This document shows positions 16,716 to 26,521 of a stretch of DNA of 64,000 nt, piece after piece. Location: IMG/VR virus record IMGVR_UViG_2695421015_000001, positions 61,537 to 125,536 of that record. The stretch is one strand, 5' to 3'. A model generated the notes under the pieces. That model made no database searches. It worked only from the letters and a program-made list of their open reading frames with translations, and had not been told where the DNA came from. A program made the position numbers and the translations under genes. The DNA is from a virus (Duplodnaviria > Caudoviricetes). Every line of letters starts with the position of its first letter. The stretch's first letter is position 1.

Positions 16716-17198
16716 ATGCCATACAAAGCACTCGCGAGCGACGGTAAGGACGGCCGCAAGCGCAAAGGCAAGCGCACGACCAAGAACTCCTCGACCGCCC
16801 CGCGCAAGCTCGTCATCACCGCCCGGTTCAGGGAGAAGGCCGCAGAGGCCGTCCAGTACCGGCTGCTCGGATACAAGTTCCAGCAGATCGCCGACGAGAT
16901 GAAGATCGACATCGCGTACGCCCACCGCCTCGTCAAATGGGCCAAGGACCGCGAGCCGGTCGAAGGCGCTGCCGAGCTGAAAGCGCTCATGAGCGACCGT
17001 CTCGAAATGATGCTGACCGGCACGCTCGGTAATGCATTCGAGGGCGACAGCGAGGCGCAGGAGCAGTCGCGCCGGACCATGGAAATTCAGGCCAAGCTCC
17101 ACGGCCTCTACGCGGCGCAGAAGCTGGAGCATTCAGGCGAGGTCGCCGGAGGCGGCACGTCCGTGATCGTCATCTCCTCGGACGATGCCAAGCTCTAA
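16716..17198 (+). CDS. terS: Terminase small subunit (putative)
   Basis: HTH (GYKFQQIADEM), KLEHSG tail, overlaps the TerL start. Confidence 0.75.
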   Translation: MPYKALASDGKDGRKRKGKRTTKNSSTAPRKLVITARFREKAAEAVQYRLLGYKFQQIADEMKIDIAYAHRLVKWAKDREPVEGAAELKALMSDRLEMMLTGTLGNAFEGDSEAQEQSRRTMEIQAKLHGLYAAQKLEHSGEVAGGGTSVIVISSDDAKL

Positions 17199-18840
17199 GG
17201 GCGTCCGCAAAGTCCAGATCGGGGACAACGGCGGCCCCCCAATCAATAGCTGGGGAGAGAAGGGCGCTACGCCCGCTCAACTCAAGGCGACCAAACTGCT
17301 GGGCGGCCCGCAGCGCCACACCTGCCTCGTCGGCGGCGCGCGATCGGGCAAGACCACGACGCTGGTCCGCACCATCATGCTGCGTGCGATCCGCTTCCCG
17401 GGGTCGCGCCATGTGATCCTGCGCTTCCGCGCAGTCCACGCCGACGCTTCCGTCGCCCTCGATACGATCCCGAAGGTGATGAAGATGTGCTTCCCCTCGC
17501 AGGGGTATAAGCACGTCAAGTCGCCTCACAACCTGATCCGCTTGCCGAACGGATCGGAAGTCTGGATCGGCGGCCTCGATGACGCCGCCCGCGTCGACAA
17601 GATCCTCGGCAACGAATACGCCACCATCTTTCTCAACGAGTGCAGCCAGATCAGCTGGTACTCGGCCAAGCTCGTCCGCTCCCGTCTCGCCCAGGTGATC
17701 GACGGTTGCACGCAGCGGATGCTCTACGACATCAACCCGGTCGGCAAGTCGCATTGGACCAACCAGCTGTTCGGGCTGAAGGTCGACCCCGACAACGGCC
17801 GCACGCCGCTCGGCGATCCCGAAAACTACGAGCGGATGTTCATCAATCCGATCGACAACGCCCAGAACCTCGACGCCGGCTACGTCAAGGAACTCGAGAA
17901 CTCGACCGGCAACTACAACAAGCGCTTCTTCAAGGGCGAGTACATCGACGAGGTCAACAACGCGCTTTGGACCCTCGATCTGATCGAGGCTTGCCGCGTC
18001 AACCCCGGCGAGGAGCCCGAGTTCGTCCAGACCGTGATCGCAATCGACCCGTCGGGGGCGAGCGAAGCGGGCGATTCATCCGACATCGAGATGAAGCCGC
18101 TGAACGACGAGATCGGCATCATCGTCGCCTCGCTCGGCAAGGATCAGAAAGTCTACCTGCGCGCCGACCTGTCGTTGGTGGCCGGGCCCATCGGTCAGGG
18201 CATCGATCCCGAGACAGGGCAGAAGCGTCTTGGATGGGCCGAGGTGGCGGTCGCTGCCTACCACTATTACAAGGCCGATCACATCCTCGCCGAGATCAAC
18301 TACGGCGGCGGCATGGTCGAGGCCGTGATCCGCGCCCAGGACGGCAACGTGCCGGTCAAGACCGTGCGCGCCTCCACCGGCAAGCACATCCGGGCCGAGC
18401 CTGTATCCACGTTGTATACGCGCGACGGCGTCCGCCACGTCGGCCAGTTCCCGCAGCTGGAGGATCAGCTTTGCGCGTTCACGTCGCTCGGATACGGCGG
18501 CGCCAAGTCGCCGGATCGCGCTGATGCGTGGGTCTGGGCAGTGACGGATATCGCGCTGCAGGACGGCGCCAACAACTGGATCGAATACTACAGAAGGCTC
18601 AACGAGAAGGCCGGCACGCTTCCAGAGCAACAGGCCGACGAGAAGAAGCCGGAGTTCGGCTACGCGATCACTCCGCCAGACGCCAACAAGAAACACCGCG
18701 TGCTCGTGCCAGAGGGCATCAGCACGCTCTTCCTGATCGACGGGACCAGCATGCTGGTTCCCGTTGACCGCATCGTCTCGGTCTCCGCGGAGGACGCCAC
18801 CGCATTTGGAATGCGCGGTTGGGAGCGTCTGGCCGCCTGA
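17185..18840 (+). CDS. terL: Terminase large subunit with C-terminal extension
   Basis: Walker A GGARSGKT, Walker B IFLNE, nuclease AIDP...E.NYGG...SPDRADA. Confidence 0.95.
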   Translation: MPSSKGVRKVQIGDNGGPPINSWGEKGATPAQLKATKLLGGPQRHTCLVGGARSGKTTTLVRTIMLRAIRFPGSRHVILRFRAVHADASVALDTIPKVMKMCFPSQGYKHVKSPHNLIRLPNGSEVWIGGLDDAARVDKILGNEYATIFLNECSQISWYSAKLVRSRLAQVIDGCTQRMLYDINPVGKSHWTNQLFGLKVDPDNGRTPLGDPENYERMFINPIDNAQNLDAGYVKELENSTGNYNKRFFKGEYIDEVNNALWTLDLIEACRVNPGEEPEFVQTVIAIDPSGASEAGDSSDIEMKPLNDEIGIIVASLGKDQKVYLRADLSLVAGPIGQGIDPETGQKRLGWAEVAVAAYHYYKADHILAEINYGGGMVEAVIRAQDGNVPVKTVRASTGKHIRAEPVSTLYTRDGVRHVGQFPQLEDQLCAFTSLGYGGAKSPDRADAWVWAVTDIALQDGANNWIEYYRRLNEKAGTLPEQQADEKKPEFGYAITPPDANKKHRVLVPEGISTLFLIDGTSMLVPVDRIVSVSAEDATAFGMRGWERLAA

Positions 18841-18870
18841 CCATCACACCATCCTTGAAGAGGGACGTTT

Positions 18871-19182
18871 ATGCCCAAGACCGCTAAAGACCCTCTCTCC
18901 GGCACCACCGTCGAGCCGATCATGGCCGCCCGCAATGGCGCAGTCGTGACGCCAAGCGACACCGAGGATCTTTTGAACGTCACCGCCGGCCTGATCGTGA
19001 CGATCGGTTCCGGCGGTACCGGCATTGCGGTGATCTTCGCCAATGGCAGCGACCAGCAGGCTGTCGATATTCCGCTCGCGGTCGGGACCTATCAGTTCAA
19101 CATGCAGGTCCGCCGCGTCATGGCGACCGGCACCGTGCTCGGCACCGGTGGTGGCGTTGTCGCGCTTTGGAGCCAGGGGTAA
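18871..19182 (+). CDS. Head spike base protein (RcGTA Rcc01079-like)
   Basis: AVVTPSDT.DL...G.GG...VRRVMATGT pattern. Confidence 0.65.
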   Translation: MPKTAKDPLSGTTVEPIMAARNGAVVTPSDTEDLLNVTAGLIVTIGSGGTGIAVIFANGSDQQAVDIPLAVGTYQFNMQVRRVMATGTVLGTGGGVVALWSQG

Positions 19183-19188
19183 CGGCTC

Positions 19189-20859
19189 GTGGTCGATAAC
19201 GTCGGCGACGATCCTGACCTGAACAAGGTCTCGACTCCGCGTGGAGAGGGTCGCAGCATGACCGAGCTGTCGCAGCTCGGCTCCTATGACGTGCGCGTGA
19301 ATGGCGCGCGCCCGCAGTCTGGCGTCCAGTTCTCCTACACTGGCCCGGACTGGATGGGGCCGCTGCTGCCGATGCAGCCGATCGCGCCGCCCGAGGTCGC
19401 CGGCCGCACATGGGACTATGTCCCCGGCTACAACCTCACGACGCAGCCGCGCGCCTATGAGCCGGTCAGCTTCCATGCCCTGCGCATGCTCGCCGAGAGC
19501 TTCGATCCCGTGCGCCTCATCATCGAGCGCCGCAAGGATCAGATGTGCCGGATGCCGTGGGCGATCCGGGTCAAGCACGACGATCCGACCAAGAAGCGGC
19601 CAGCGATCACCGAGTTGCCGAAGGCCAAGCGTCAGCGCCTGGCCGACATCACGAATTTCTTCAAGTACCCCGACCGCGAGCTGACCTTCCGGGTCTGGCT
19701 GCGGGCGCTGCTGGAAGACCTGCTCGTCCTCGACGCGCCCAGCCTCTACTGCGAGCACAGCATCGGCGGCGACCTGATCGGCCTGCGCTACATCGACGGC
19801 TCGACCATCAAGCGCGTCATCGACGACTGGGGCCGCACGCCGCAGCCGATCGTCTGGACCGGACAGCCTTTCGACTGGAACGGCTACACCGTCACGGCTG
19901 AGAACTTCCGGAGCCTCGGCTTCGTACTCGCCCCCGGCGAGGTCGTCGCCCACCAGATGCCGATGGGTATGAAGACCCCGAAGCAGGTGCTGCTTCCGCC
20001 CGCCTATCAGCAGGTGCTCAAGGGTCTGCCCGCGGTCAACTACACGACGTGGGACCTGATCTATCGTCCGCTCAATCTGCGCCCCGGCAAGGCCTACGGC
20101 CTGTCGCCGGTCGAGCAGGTGATGATGACCGTCTCGATCGCGATGCGCCGCAGCGTCGCTCAGCTCGAATACTTCCGCGAGGGCAACCAGCCCGACGCCG
20201 TGTACGGCCTGCCGGAGTCGTGGACGCCGGATCAGATCCAGCGTTTCCAAGACTATTGGGACGGCCTGTATTCCGGCAATCTGGCGATGCGCCGACGGAT
20301 GAAGTTCGTCGCCGGCGAGGGCAAGTACACCCCGACCCACGAACCGCCGCTCAAGAACGAGTTCGACGAGTGGCTGGTCCGCATCGTCTGCTTCGCCTTC
20401 TCGTATCCGCCGCAGGCCTTTGTCGCGCTCTCGAACCGCTCGACCGCCGAGCAGCACGAGAAGACGGCCGAGGAGGAGGGGCTCGACCCGCTCAAGGAGT
20501 GGGCGGGTGAGATGTTCAACGAGATCATCACACGCCGTTTCGGCGACGATGACATCGAGTTCGCGTGGACCGAAGAGGAAGAGGTCGACCAAGAAAAGCA
20601 GTCGACCATCCTGCGCGGCTACGCCGAGGACGGCATGCTCACCATCAATCAGGTGCGCGAGAAGCTCGGCGAGCAACCCGATCCGAACCCGGCGGCCAAC
20701 CAGCTCATGGTCAAAACGGCCACCGGCTACGTGCCGATCGACGCCAACCTGATCGACAAGCAGGTCGAGGCGGCCAAGGCGATGGCAGCTGCCGTCCCGC
20801 CGACACCCACACCGGTCACGACCGGCGGGCCCAAGCCCGCCCCCGACGAAGACGAGTGA
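19189..20859 (+). CDS. Portal protein (alternative start at 19258)
   Basis: LLEDLLVLDA, YGLSPVEQ, YFREGNQP and LTINQVRE.LG motifs; follows TerL. Confidence 0.92.
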   Translation: MVDNVGDDPDLNKVSTPRGEGRSMTELSQLGSYDVRVNGARPQSGVQFSYTGPDWMGPLLPMQPIAPPEVAGRTWDYVPGYNLTTQPRAYEPVSFHALRMLAESFDPVRLIIERRKDQMCRMPWAIRVKHDDPTKKRPAITELPKAKRQRLADITNFFKYPDRELTFRVWLRALLEDLLVLDAPSLYCEHSIGGDLIGLRYIDGSTIKRVIDDWGRTPQPIVWTGQPFDWNGYTVTAENFRSLGFVLAPGEVVAHQMPMGMKTPKQVLLPPAYQQVLKGLPAVNYTTWDLIYRPLNLRPGKAYGLSPVEQVMMTVSIAMRRSVAQLEYFREGNQPDAVYGLPESWTPDQIQRFQDYWDGLYSGNLAMRRRMKFVAGEGKYTPTHEPPLKNEFDEWLVRIVCFAFSYPPQAFVALSNRSTAEQHEKTAEEEGLDPLKEWAGEMFNEIITRRFGDDDIEFAWTEEEEVDQEKQSTILRGYAEDGMLTINQVREKLGEQPDPNPAANQLMVKTATGYVPIDANLIDKQVEAAKAMAAAVPPTPTPVTTGGPKPAPDEDE

Positions 20860-20864
20860 TCGAT

Positions 20865-21026
20865 ATGCCCAGACCAGCAGGCTCCTATCGCGGCGCCCGC
20901 CGCAACGAGGCGAAGCAGAGCAAGAAGCCGATGCTGACCCTCGAAGAACTCCGCCGCATCAACGCGATGCGGATCGAGCGAACGAAGCCCGATAACCGCA
21001 AGCAGAGCGAAGCCCTGAGAAAATGA
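20865..21026 (+). CDS. Small basic protein
   Basis: ATG at 20865; ATGA overlap with the next gene. Confidence 0.55.
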   Translation: MPRPAGSYRGARRNEAKQSKKPMLTLEELRRINAMRIERTKPDNRKQSEALRK

Positions 21027-22453
21027 CCACGCATCGACTGATCCCGCCGGCCGTCGCGTCAAAGGTCACTCTCGACGGTCGCGTCTATGATCCGGCCGCC
21101 GGTGGGCAGGACGTCCCCGACTATGATTCCATGGCGCTGCAAGCGAATGGCTGGAGCTTTCTGGCCGTCAGCGGCCCCACGTCGGCGCGACCGCACGCGG
21201 CTGTCGGGCCTTATCCGTTGCTTCGCGGCACCACGTTCTGGGACACGTCCGTCGACCATCTGGTCTCGTGGGACGGGGCAACATGGCGCGACGAAAACGG
21301 CAACATACCGCAGGTCACATTCCCGCTGCAGGCGCGGATGGTCGGCCTTGGTGACTCCATCATGGCAGGCTCGGTGGGGCCGAGCCTTCTGAACCCGGCG
21401 CTCTACTACAGCGGTGGCCGGTTCTATCTCGTATCCAACCAAGGCGTTGGCGGGTCAACCACGGTCGATATGCTTTCGCGGAACGCCACGACCACCGGCG
21501 GCGTCGCCAGCACGCTGACGCTGTCTCCTGACGTGGTCGATCTGCACATCGGCACCAACGACATCACGGGCCTTGGGTCGGGCGCGGCGGCGATCTTCGC
21601 CAACATCCAGGCGATCGTCAGCGAACTCACTGCCGGCGGCGTGAAGGCGGTCTTCGTCCACACCGTCCTGCCGCGCAGCGACAGCGCGTGGACCGCCGCC
21701 TACGAGACGGTCAGGCAGGCGCTCAACGCCAGCATCATGACGCTGCAGTATCCGGCGATCCCGGTGAACCTCGAAACCATCGGCTTCAACTCGACGATCG
21801 GTGTCGACACTGTCGAGGGTCTGCACCCGAACAGGCCCGGCGCGTGGCTGGTCGGATCGGCGGTCGGCGCAGCATGGGCGTCGAAAGCGGTTACCAACTC
21901 TGTGCTGTTCAACAGCGCATCCGACTGGGGCAATCTGCTCGTCGACAACGACATGACCGAGGGAACGGCCGGCGTCCTTCTTGGCACTGGCACGACCGGC
22001 AGCGTTCCTACCGGGTGGAATGCCGGCGTCAACGTGACCGGCATGACAACAACGTGCTCGATCGCGACAAAGAACGGCTTCCCTCAGATGGTCGCCAACT
22101 TCAGCGGGACGCCCGGCTCCTCCGGCATTCTCCTGCTCTATCGAGATCAGGCCTACAGCGGCAACATCGGCGATGTCTACGACTGCTGGGCTGATGTCGA
22201 GATGGCCGGACTGACCGGAGTCGGCGGCACCTTTTTCGCAACGGATGGCGTGACGGTTTGGGAGGCCTCCGGCAACGCGCTGGGGCAGCCGCCGAATTTC
22301 AACGGCATCATGCGCGGCGGCCCGGCCGCCCCGCTCACGGCGGCCCGCACCGTGTCCAGATTCCAGTTCGGCGTCTATCTCGAGTCCGGCGTGGCCTGCA
22401 GCGGAACAATCAAGCTCTCGCGCTGCACCTGGCGCAAGAACCCATCACCGTAA
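21023..22453 (+). CDS. Head-associated SGNH/GDSL esterase with N-terminal docking domain
   Basis: GDS...G.GG...GTND...GLHP blocks; first ~95 aa paralogous to 22486..22785. Confidence 0.8.
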   Translation: MTTHRLIPPAVASKVTLDGRVYDPAAGGQDVPDYDSMALQANGWSFLAVSGPTSARPHAAVGPYPLLRGTTFWDTSVDHLVSWDGATWRDENGNIPQVTFPLQARMVGLGDSIMAGSVGPSLLNPALYYSGGRFYLVSNQGVGGSTTVDMLSRNATTTGGVASTLTLSPDVVDLHIGTNDITGLGSGAAAIFANIQAIVSELTAGGVKAVFVHTVLPRSDSAWTAAYETVRQALNASIMTLQYPAIPVNLETIGFNSTIGVDTVEGLHPNRPGAWLVGSAVGAAWASKAVTNSVLFNSASDWGNLLVDNDMTEGTAGVLLGTGTTGSVPTGWNAGVNVTGMTTTCSIATKNGFPQMVANFSGTPGSSGILLLYRDQAYSGNIGDVYDCWADVEMAGLTGVGGTFFATDGVTVWEASGNALGQPPNFNGIMRGGPAAPLTAARTVSRFQFGVYLESGVACSGTIKLSRCTWRKNPSP

Positions 22454-22485
22454 CAAAAACCGAACTCAGCCCAAGGGGAATGTAA

Positions 22486-22785
22486 ATGACCGCGCCGCTC
22501 ACGCACCGTCTGATCCCGCCCGCCAACGGCGGCAACGTCAAGGTCAACGGCCGCACCTATTCCGCCACTGCCGGCGCTCAGGACGTGCCGGAGTTCGACG
22601 CCACGCATCTTCAGGCCAACGGTTGGACCTACCTCGCACCGTCGGGGCCGACCACCCAGCGTCCGACCAGCGAACTCGGTGTCTATCCGCGCGTGCGCGG
22701 CGCCAAGTTCTGGGACGCCACGCTCTCGCACATGGTGATCTGGGACGGCGCGAACTGGCGCAACGAGGCGGGCGCCATCTCGTAA
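22486..22785 (+). CDS. Small head decoration/adaptor protein
   Basis: Whole protein aligns with the N-terminus of 21023..22453. Confidence 0.75.
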   Translation: MTAPLTHRLIPPANGGNVKVNGRTYSATAGAQDVPEFDATHLQANGWTYLAPSGPTTQRPTSELGVYPRVRGAKFWDATLSHMVIWDGANWRNEAGAIS

Positions 22786-22919
22786 TTCCGCTCCTCGGCC
22801 AGTCGCAGGTCGATCGACCACAGCACCGCAAGCATGACGCGGTTGTTGATGTGGCGCCGCCACTCCTCGTCGCTCAGAACCGCGATGTCGCCGGTGGCTG
22901 TGATCTCAAGGTCATCCAT
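22683..22919 (-). CDS. Possible antisense small protein (MDDLEITATGDIAVLSDEEWRR...)
   Basis: Fills the 22786-22946 gap with GC3-rich codons; weak AGGGTG RBS; overlaps the end of the + gene. Confidence 0.3.
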   Translation of the reverse strand: MDDLEITATGDIAVLSDEEWRRHINNRVMLAVLWSIDLRLAEERNYEMAPASLRQFAPSQITMCESVASQNLAPRTRG

Positions 22920-22946
22920 GCGGATCACCCTTAAGAGGAAATTGAA

Positions 22947-25900
22947 GTGACCGCAATCGAGAAATCGACCTTTGCCGAACCGGCATCGGCGACGAGCGGC
23001 TTGCAGGGCTACGACCTCGAAGGCGCCAGCAACAACAAGCGCACGTTCTATCGCCATGGCGGCAAGATCACGCTTGGCCCCGAGAAGTGCGAGGAGCCTG
23101 ACGTCGAGAAGCAGGCGCCGATCCTTGCCGCCGGTTTCGCGCTCGTCACCGACGAGGGCAAGGCGCTGTTCCTCAAGCGCAGCGGCGGCGATGGCGGCGA
23201 CCACGCCGGCGAGTGGTGCTTCCCGGGAGGGAAGATCGAGCCGGGCGAGACGGCCTTGCAGGCCGCGATCCGCGAGACGTTCGAAGAGATCAGCTTCAGG
23301 CTCGATCCCGAGGGCGACCGCGTCGAGGTCTGCCGCGTCACGCTCAACGGTGTCGACTTTACCACCTTCTTCCAGCGCGTCGACGAGTTCGAGCCCAAGC
23401 TCGACCATGAACACACAGCGTTTCGCTGGGCTTCGGTCGAAAAGCCGCCGGAGCCGCTGCATCCCGGCGTTCGCGCCTCGCTGCCGCTGGTGATTTCGCA
23501 GGCGATCGACACGACTATGAAGGTCGCCAAGGGCGAGAAGCGCACGCTCTACATCAAGCGCCGGCTGCGAAACGCCGAGACGCTGAAGCAGTGGGCGGAC
23601 GCTAACGGCTTTCCGACCACGCTTACCACCGACGATATGCACGTCACCATCGCGTATTCGCGCGAGCCGGTGGAGTGGGCACAAGTTCCGCGCTCGTCGC
23701 AGCCGATCATTCGGATCGAAGGCGGCGCACGCACTCTCGATCGTCTCGGCAAGGATGGCGAAGCGCTCGTGCTTCGCTTCTCGTCCGACGATCTCGCCTC
23801 GCGTCATCGCGAGATCCACGACGCTGGCGCCGTCTGGTCGTGGCCTGACTACAAGCCGCACATCACCCTGACCTACCAAGGAGAGGGGCTTCCGCTCGAT
23901 CGGTTGGTCCCTTGGGACGGCGTGCTCGAATTTGGCCCCGAAGAATGGGCCGAAGTCAAAGAAAATTGGATGGCAACCGTCGTCGAGAAATCCGACGCAG
24001 GAGAAGTAGAAATGGATAACCTTTCCTTGTTCGTGCAGCTGCACAAGGTCGATGTCGAGAAGCAGACCGTCTACGGCACTGCGGTCGAAGAAGTGGCCGA
24101 TCGCGCTGGCGAGATTTTCGACTACGCCACCTCCAAGGGCGAGTTCGAGAAGTGGTCGGGCGATATTGAAAAGTCCACGGACGGCAAGTCCAAGGGCAAT
24201 GTGCGCGCGATGCATGGCAAGGTCGCCGCCGGCAAACTGACCGACATCGGCTTCGACGACAAGCGCAAGGCGATCGATGTCGCCGCCAAGATCGTCGACA
24301 AGGACGAATGGCAGAAGGTTCTGGAGGGTGTTTACACCGGCTTCTCCATCGGCGGCTCTTATCTCAAGCGCTGGACCGACGGCGATTTGAAGCGCTACAC
24401 CGCGCGCCCCGCCGAAATTTCGCTGGTCGATCTGCCGTGCGTACCGACCGCCACCTTCTCCATCATCAAGGCGGATGGCTCCCAGGAGATGCGCAAGTTC
24501 CAGCAGCCCGCTGCGGACGAGCCCGTCACCATCAGCAACGAGGCCGTCGCAGAGCGCGCGACCGATCTCGCCAAGGCCGCCGGCGATGCCGGCCAGTGGC
24601 TCGCTCATATCGCCGATGCCCGCAAGCAGCTCGAAGACGAGGTCGCGAAGGCGGCTGAAGCGGCCAAGGTTGTCGAGCCGGTGGTTGTTGACACAGAAGT
24701 CAACAAGGACGGTGTGACCGTCGATGCCGACGCCGGCCGGACCACTCCCGACGACGTCGAGCAGGTCTGGGTATCCAAGCGCCTGCCCGGTGCGACCTTC
24801 GCCAAGAAGGGCGACCTCGCCAAGGCGCTGCTCGAACTCGACGCCAAGGAAGCGGCTGCCGCCGCTGCCGCGCCGGTGCTTGATGCGCTCAAGGCCGTGA
24901 CCGGTACCGGCATGGATACTCAGGCCGTGTCCACGCACAAGGACAAGAACTCCAAGACCAACGTCGAGCACGCATCCGGCAAGACGGACAAGACCAACCC
25001 CGAGAAGGTCGACGGCAGGAAGCCGAAGGGCGCCGACACCAACGTGGAGGCAACCTCCGGCGTCAAGCCCGCCGGCAACAGCGTCAACACCGAACAGACC
25101 GACCCGAAGAACAACGAGACGACCGACCTCTATGGCGGTGCAGACTCGACGGCTGGCAAGCGCGCCCCGATCGAGAGCGTGAAGGATCTCGAGATCGCGC
25201 TCAAGTCGCACCAGCCCGGACAGGCCGGTCTCGCGATGAAGCGTCACCTGATCAAGGCCGCACGCACTCTCGGCTCGATCGACCTGCTGCCGGAAGGCTG
25301 GGTCAACAAGGCCGAGAAGGTCGAACTGGAGAAGGCGGCCGACATCCACTTCGTGGCCGACCTCCTGCACATGCTCGCCTGCGTGGAATGCCTTGAAGAG
25401 CGCGCCGAGTTCACCTCGCTGTGGGGCGGCATCACCGTTCCGAAGGAGCTGACCGACCGCTTCGGCAGCGCGCTGGTCGAGATCGGCGACATTGTCTCCG
25501 ACATGCTCGACCTGGTGCTCAACGAAATCCGCACCGAGGAGGCGAGCGAGGCCTCGAAGGCGGCGGTGTTCGTCGATCTGCTCAAGCGCGGCGCCCGTCA
25601 CTCGGCTCGCGACAAGGCCATCATCAAGAAGACCCACGACCACATGGTCGAACTCGACAAGTCGTGCTGCGGCGGCGGTATGGACAAGACCGTGACCGTC
25701 GATGTGGCCAAGGCTGCCGAAATCGAAGCGGTCACCGCCGAGAACGAGCAGCTCAAGGCCGAGAAGGCCGCCCATGGCGAACTGCTCAAGGACATCAAGG
25801 CCGGCATCGAAGCGATGACGACCAAGATGGCCACCATGGAGACCGAGAACGCGGCGCTCAAGAAGAGTTCCGAGGAGATCAGGGTCGATCTCTCCGCCAT

Positions 25901-26048
25901 CCGCTTCACGCCGGCGCCGGTGCCACCCGGCACGTTCCGCGTGATCGAGAAGGGCCTGCCCATCCAGGACATCTCCACGATCAGCGACGCTGAACTTCAG
26001 CGCCGCGGCGCGGAGGCGCAGGCCACCCGGTTCATGGGGCCTCGCTAA
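22947..26048 (+). CDS. NUDIX hydrolase - Acb1-like 2H phosphoesterase - prohead protease/scaffold fusion
   Basis: NUDIX box GGKIEPGETALQAAIRETFEE; 2H motifs HVTIAYS and HITLTY; protease RAMH..GFSIGG..EISLVD.P; coiled-coil tail; possible internal ATG at 24012. Confidence 0.85.
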   Translation: MTAIEKSTFAEPASATSGLQGYDLEGASNNKRTFYRHGGKITLGPEKCEEPDVEKQAPILAAGFALVTDEGKALFLKRSGGDGGDHAGEWCFPGGKIEPGETALQAAIRETFEEISFRLDPEGDRVEVCRVTLNGVDFTTFFQRVDEFEPKLDHEHTAFRWASVEKPPEPLHPGVRASLPLVISQAIDTTMKVAKGEKRTLYIKRRLRNAETLKQWADANGFPTTLTTDDMHVTIAYSREPVEWAQVPRSSQPIIRIEGGARTLDRLGKDGEALVLRFSSDDLASRHREIHDAGAVWSWPDYKPHITLTYQGEGLPLDRLVPWDGVLEFGPEEWAEVKENWMATVVEKSDAGEVEMDNLSLFVQLHKVDVEKQTVYGTAVEEVADRAGEIFDYATSKGEFEKWSGDIEKSTDGKSKGNVRAMHGKVAAGKLTDIGFDDKRKAIDVAAKIVDKDEWQKVLEGVYTGFSIGGSYLKRWTDGDLKRYTARPAEISLVDLPCVPTATFSIIKADGSQEMRKFQQPAADEPVTISNEAVAERATDLAKAAGDAGQWLAHIADARKQLEDEVAKAAEAAKVVEPVVVDTEVNKDGVTVDADAGRTTPDDVEQVWVSKRLPGATFAKKGDLAKALLELDAKEAAAAAAAPVLDALKAVTGTGMDTQAVSTHKDKNSKTNVEHASGKTDKTNPEKVDGRKPKGADTNVEATSGVKPAGNSVNTEQTDPKNNETTDLYGGADSTAGKRAPIESVKDLEIALKSHQPGQAGLAMKRHLIKAARTLGSIDLLPEGWVNKAEKVELEKAADIHFVADLLHMLACVECLEERAEFTSLWGGITVPKELTDRFGSALVEIGDIVSDMLDLVLNEIRTEEASEASKAAVFVDLLKRGARHSARDKAIIKKTHDHMVELDKSCCGGGMDKTVTVDVAKAAEIEAVTAENEQLKAEKAAHGELLKDIKAGIEAMTTKMATMETENAALKKSSEEIRVDLSAIRFTPAPVPPGTFRVIEKGLPIQDISTISDAELQRRGAEAQATRFMGPR

Positions 26049-26053
26049 AATAG

Positions 26054-26521
26054 ATGAGCGCTACCACGCTCGACAATCGCGCGCCGCGGCCACCCGCGGC
26101 AGCAACCAAACCACTCGGCACCAATCCAAAGGACATGGTCGGCCTCAAAAAGGTCGACCTGTCCGTGGTGCCGGGGATCGCCTTGTTCCACGAGGCGATG
26201 GCCATGATGGACGGAGCCCGGAAGTACGGCCCGTTTAATTGGCGGGACAACGCCGTTATGGCCCGCATCTACGTCGCCGCCGCTCTACGGCACATCCAAT
26301 ACTGGGCGGCCGGCGAAGAAGTAGCCAAGGATTCCGGGGTTCATCATCTCGGCCATGCGCGCGCATGCCTTGGCATCATTTTGGACGCACAGGCGACCGG
26401 TAACCTGATCGACGATCGGGCGAAGTCGGCTGTGCTGATCGAAGCGCTCGATGCGCTCAACGACACGGTCCGGCTCGGCGCCGAAGCGCGCAAGGCTGCC
26501 GCCGACGGAGTCAACCGATGA
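26054..26521 (+). CDS. dATP/dGTP diphosphohydrolase domain protein (DUF5664-like)
   Basis: NPKD..G.KK...GA.KYG..NWR...A.RH...GE..A.DSG.HHLGHA. Confidence 0.85.
   Translation: MSATTLDNRAPRPPAAATKPLGTNPKDMVGLKKVDLSVVPGIALFHEAMAMMDGARKYGPFNWRDNAVMARIYVAAALRHIQYWAAGEEVAKDSGVHHLGHARACLGIILDAQATGNLIDDRAKSAVLIEALDALNDTVRLGAEARKAAADGVNR

Noticed and set aside
22683-25775. 1030-aa minus-strand ORF (also 18844..20676, 27203..28969, 32258..33682)
   Set aside because: Antisense shadows of GC3-rich genes with clear motifs on the + strand; no recognisable domains. Only the last 78 codons of the first were kept, at low confidence.
26054-26521. 2-aminoadenine (Z-genome) pathway suggested by the dATP/dGTP diphosphohydrolase
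   Set aside because: No PurZ or DNA polymerase in the window; the domain is widespread without Z-DNA.
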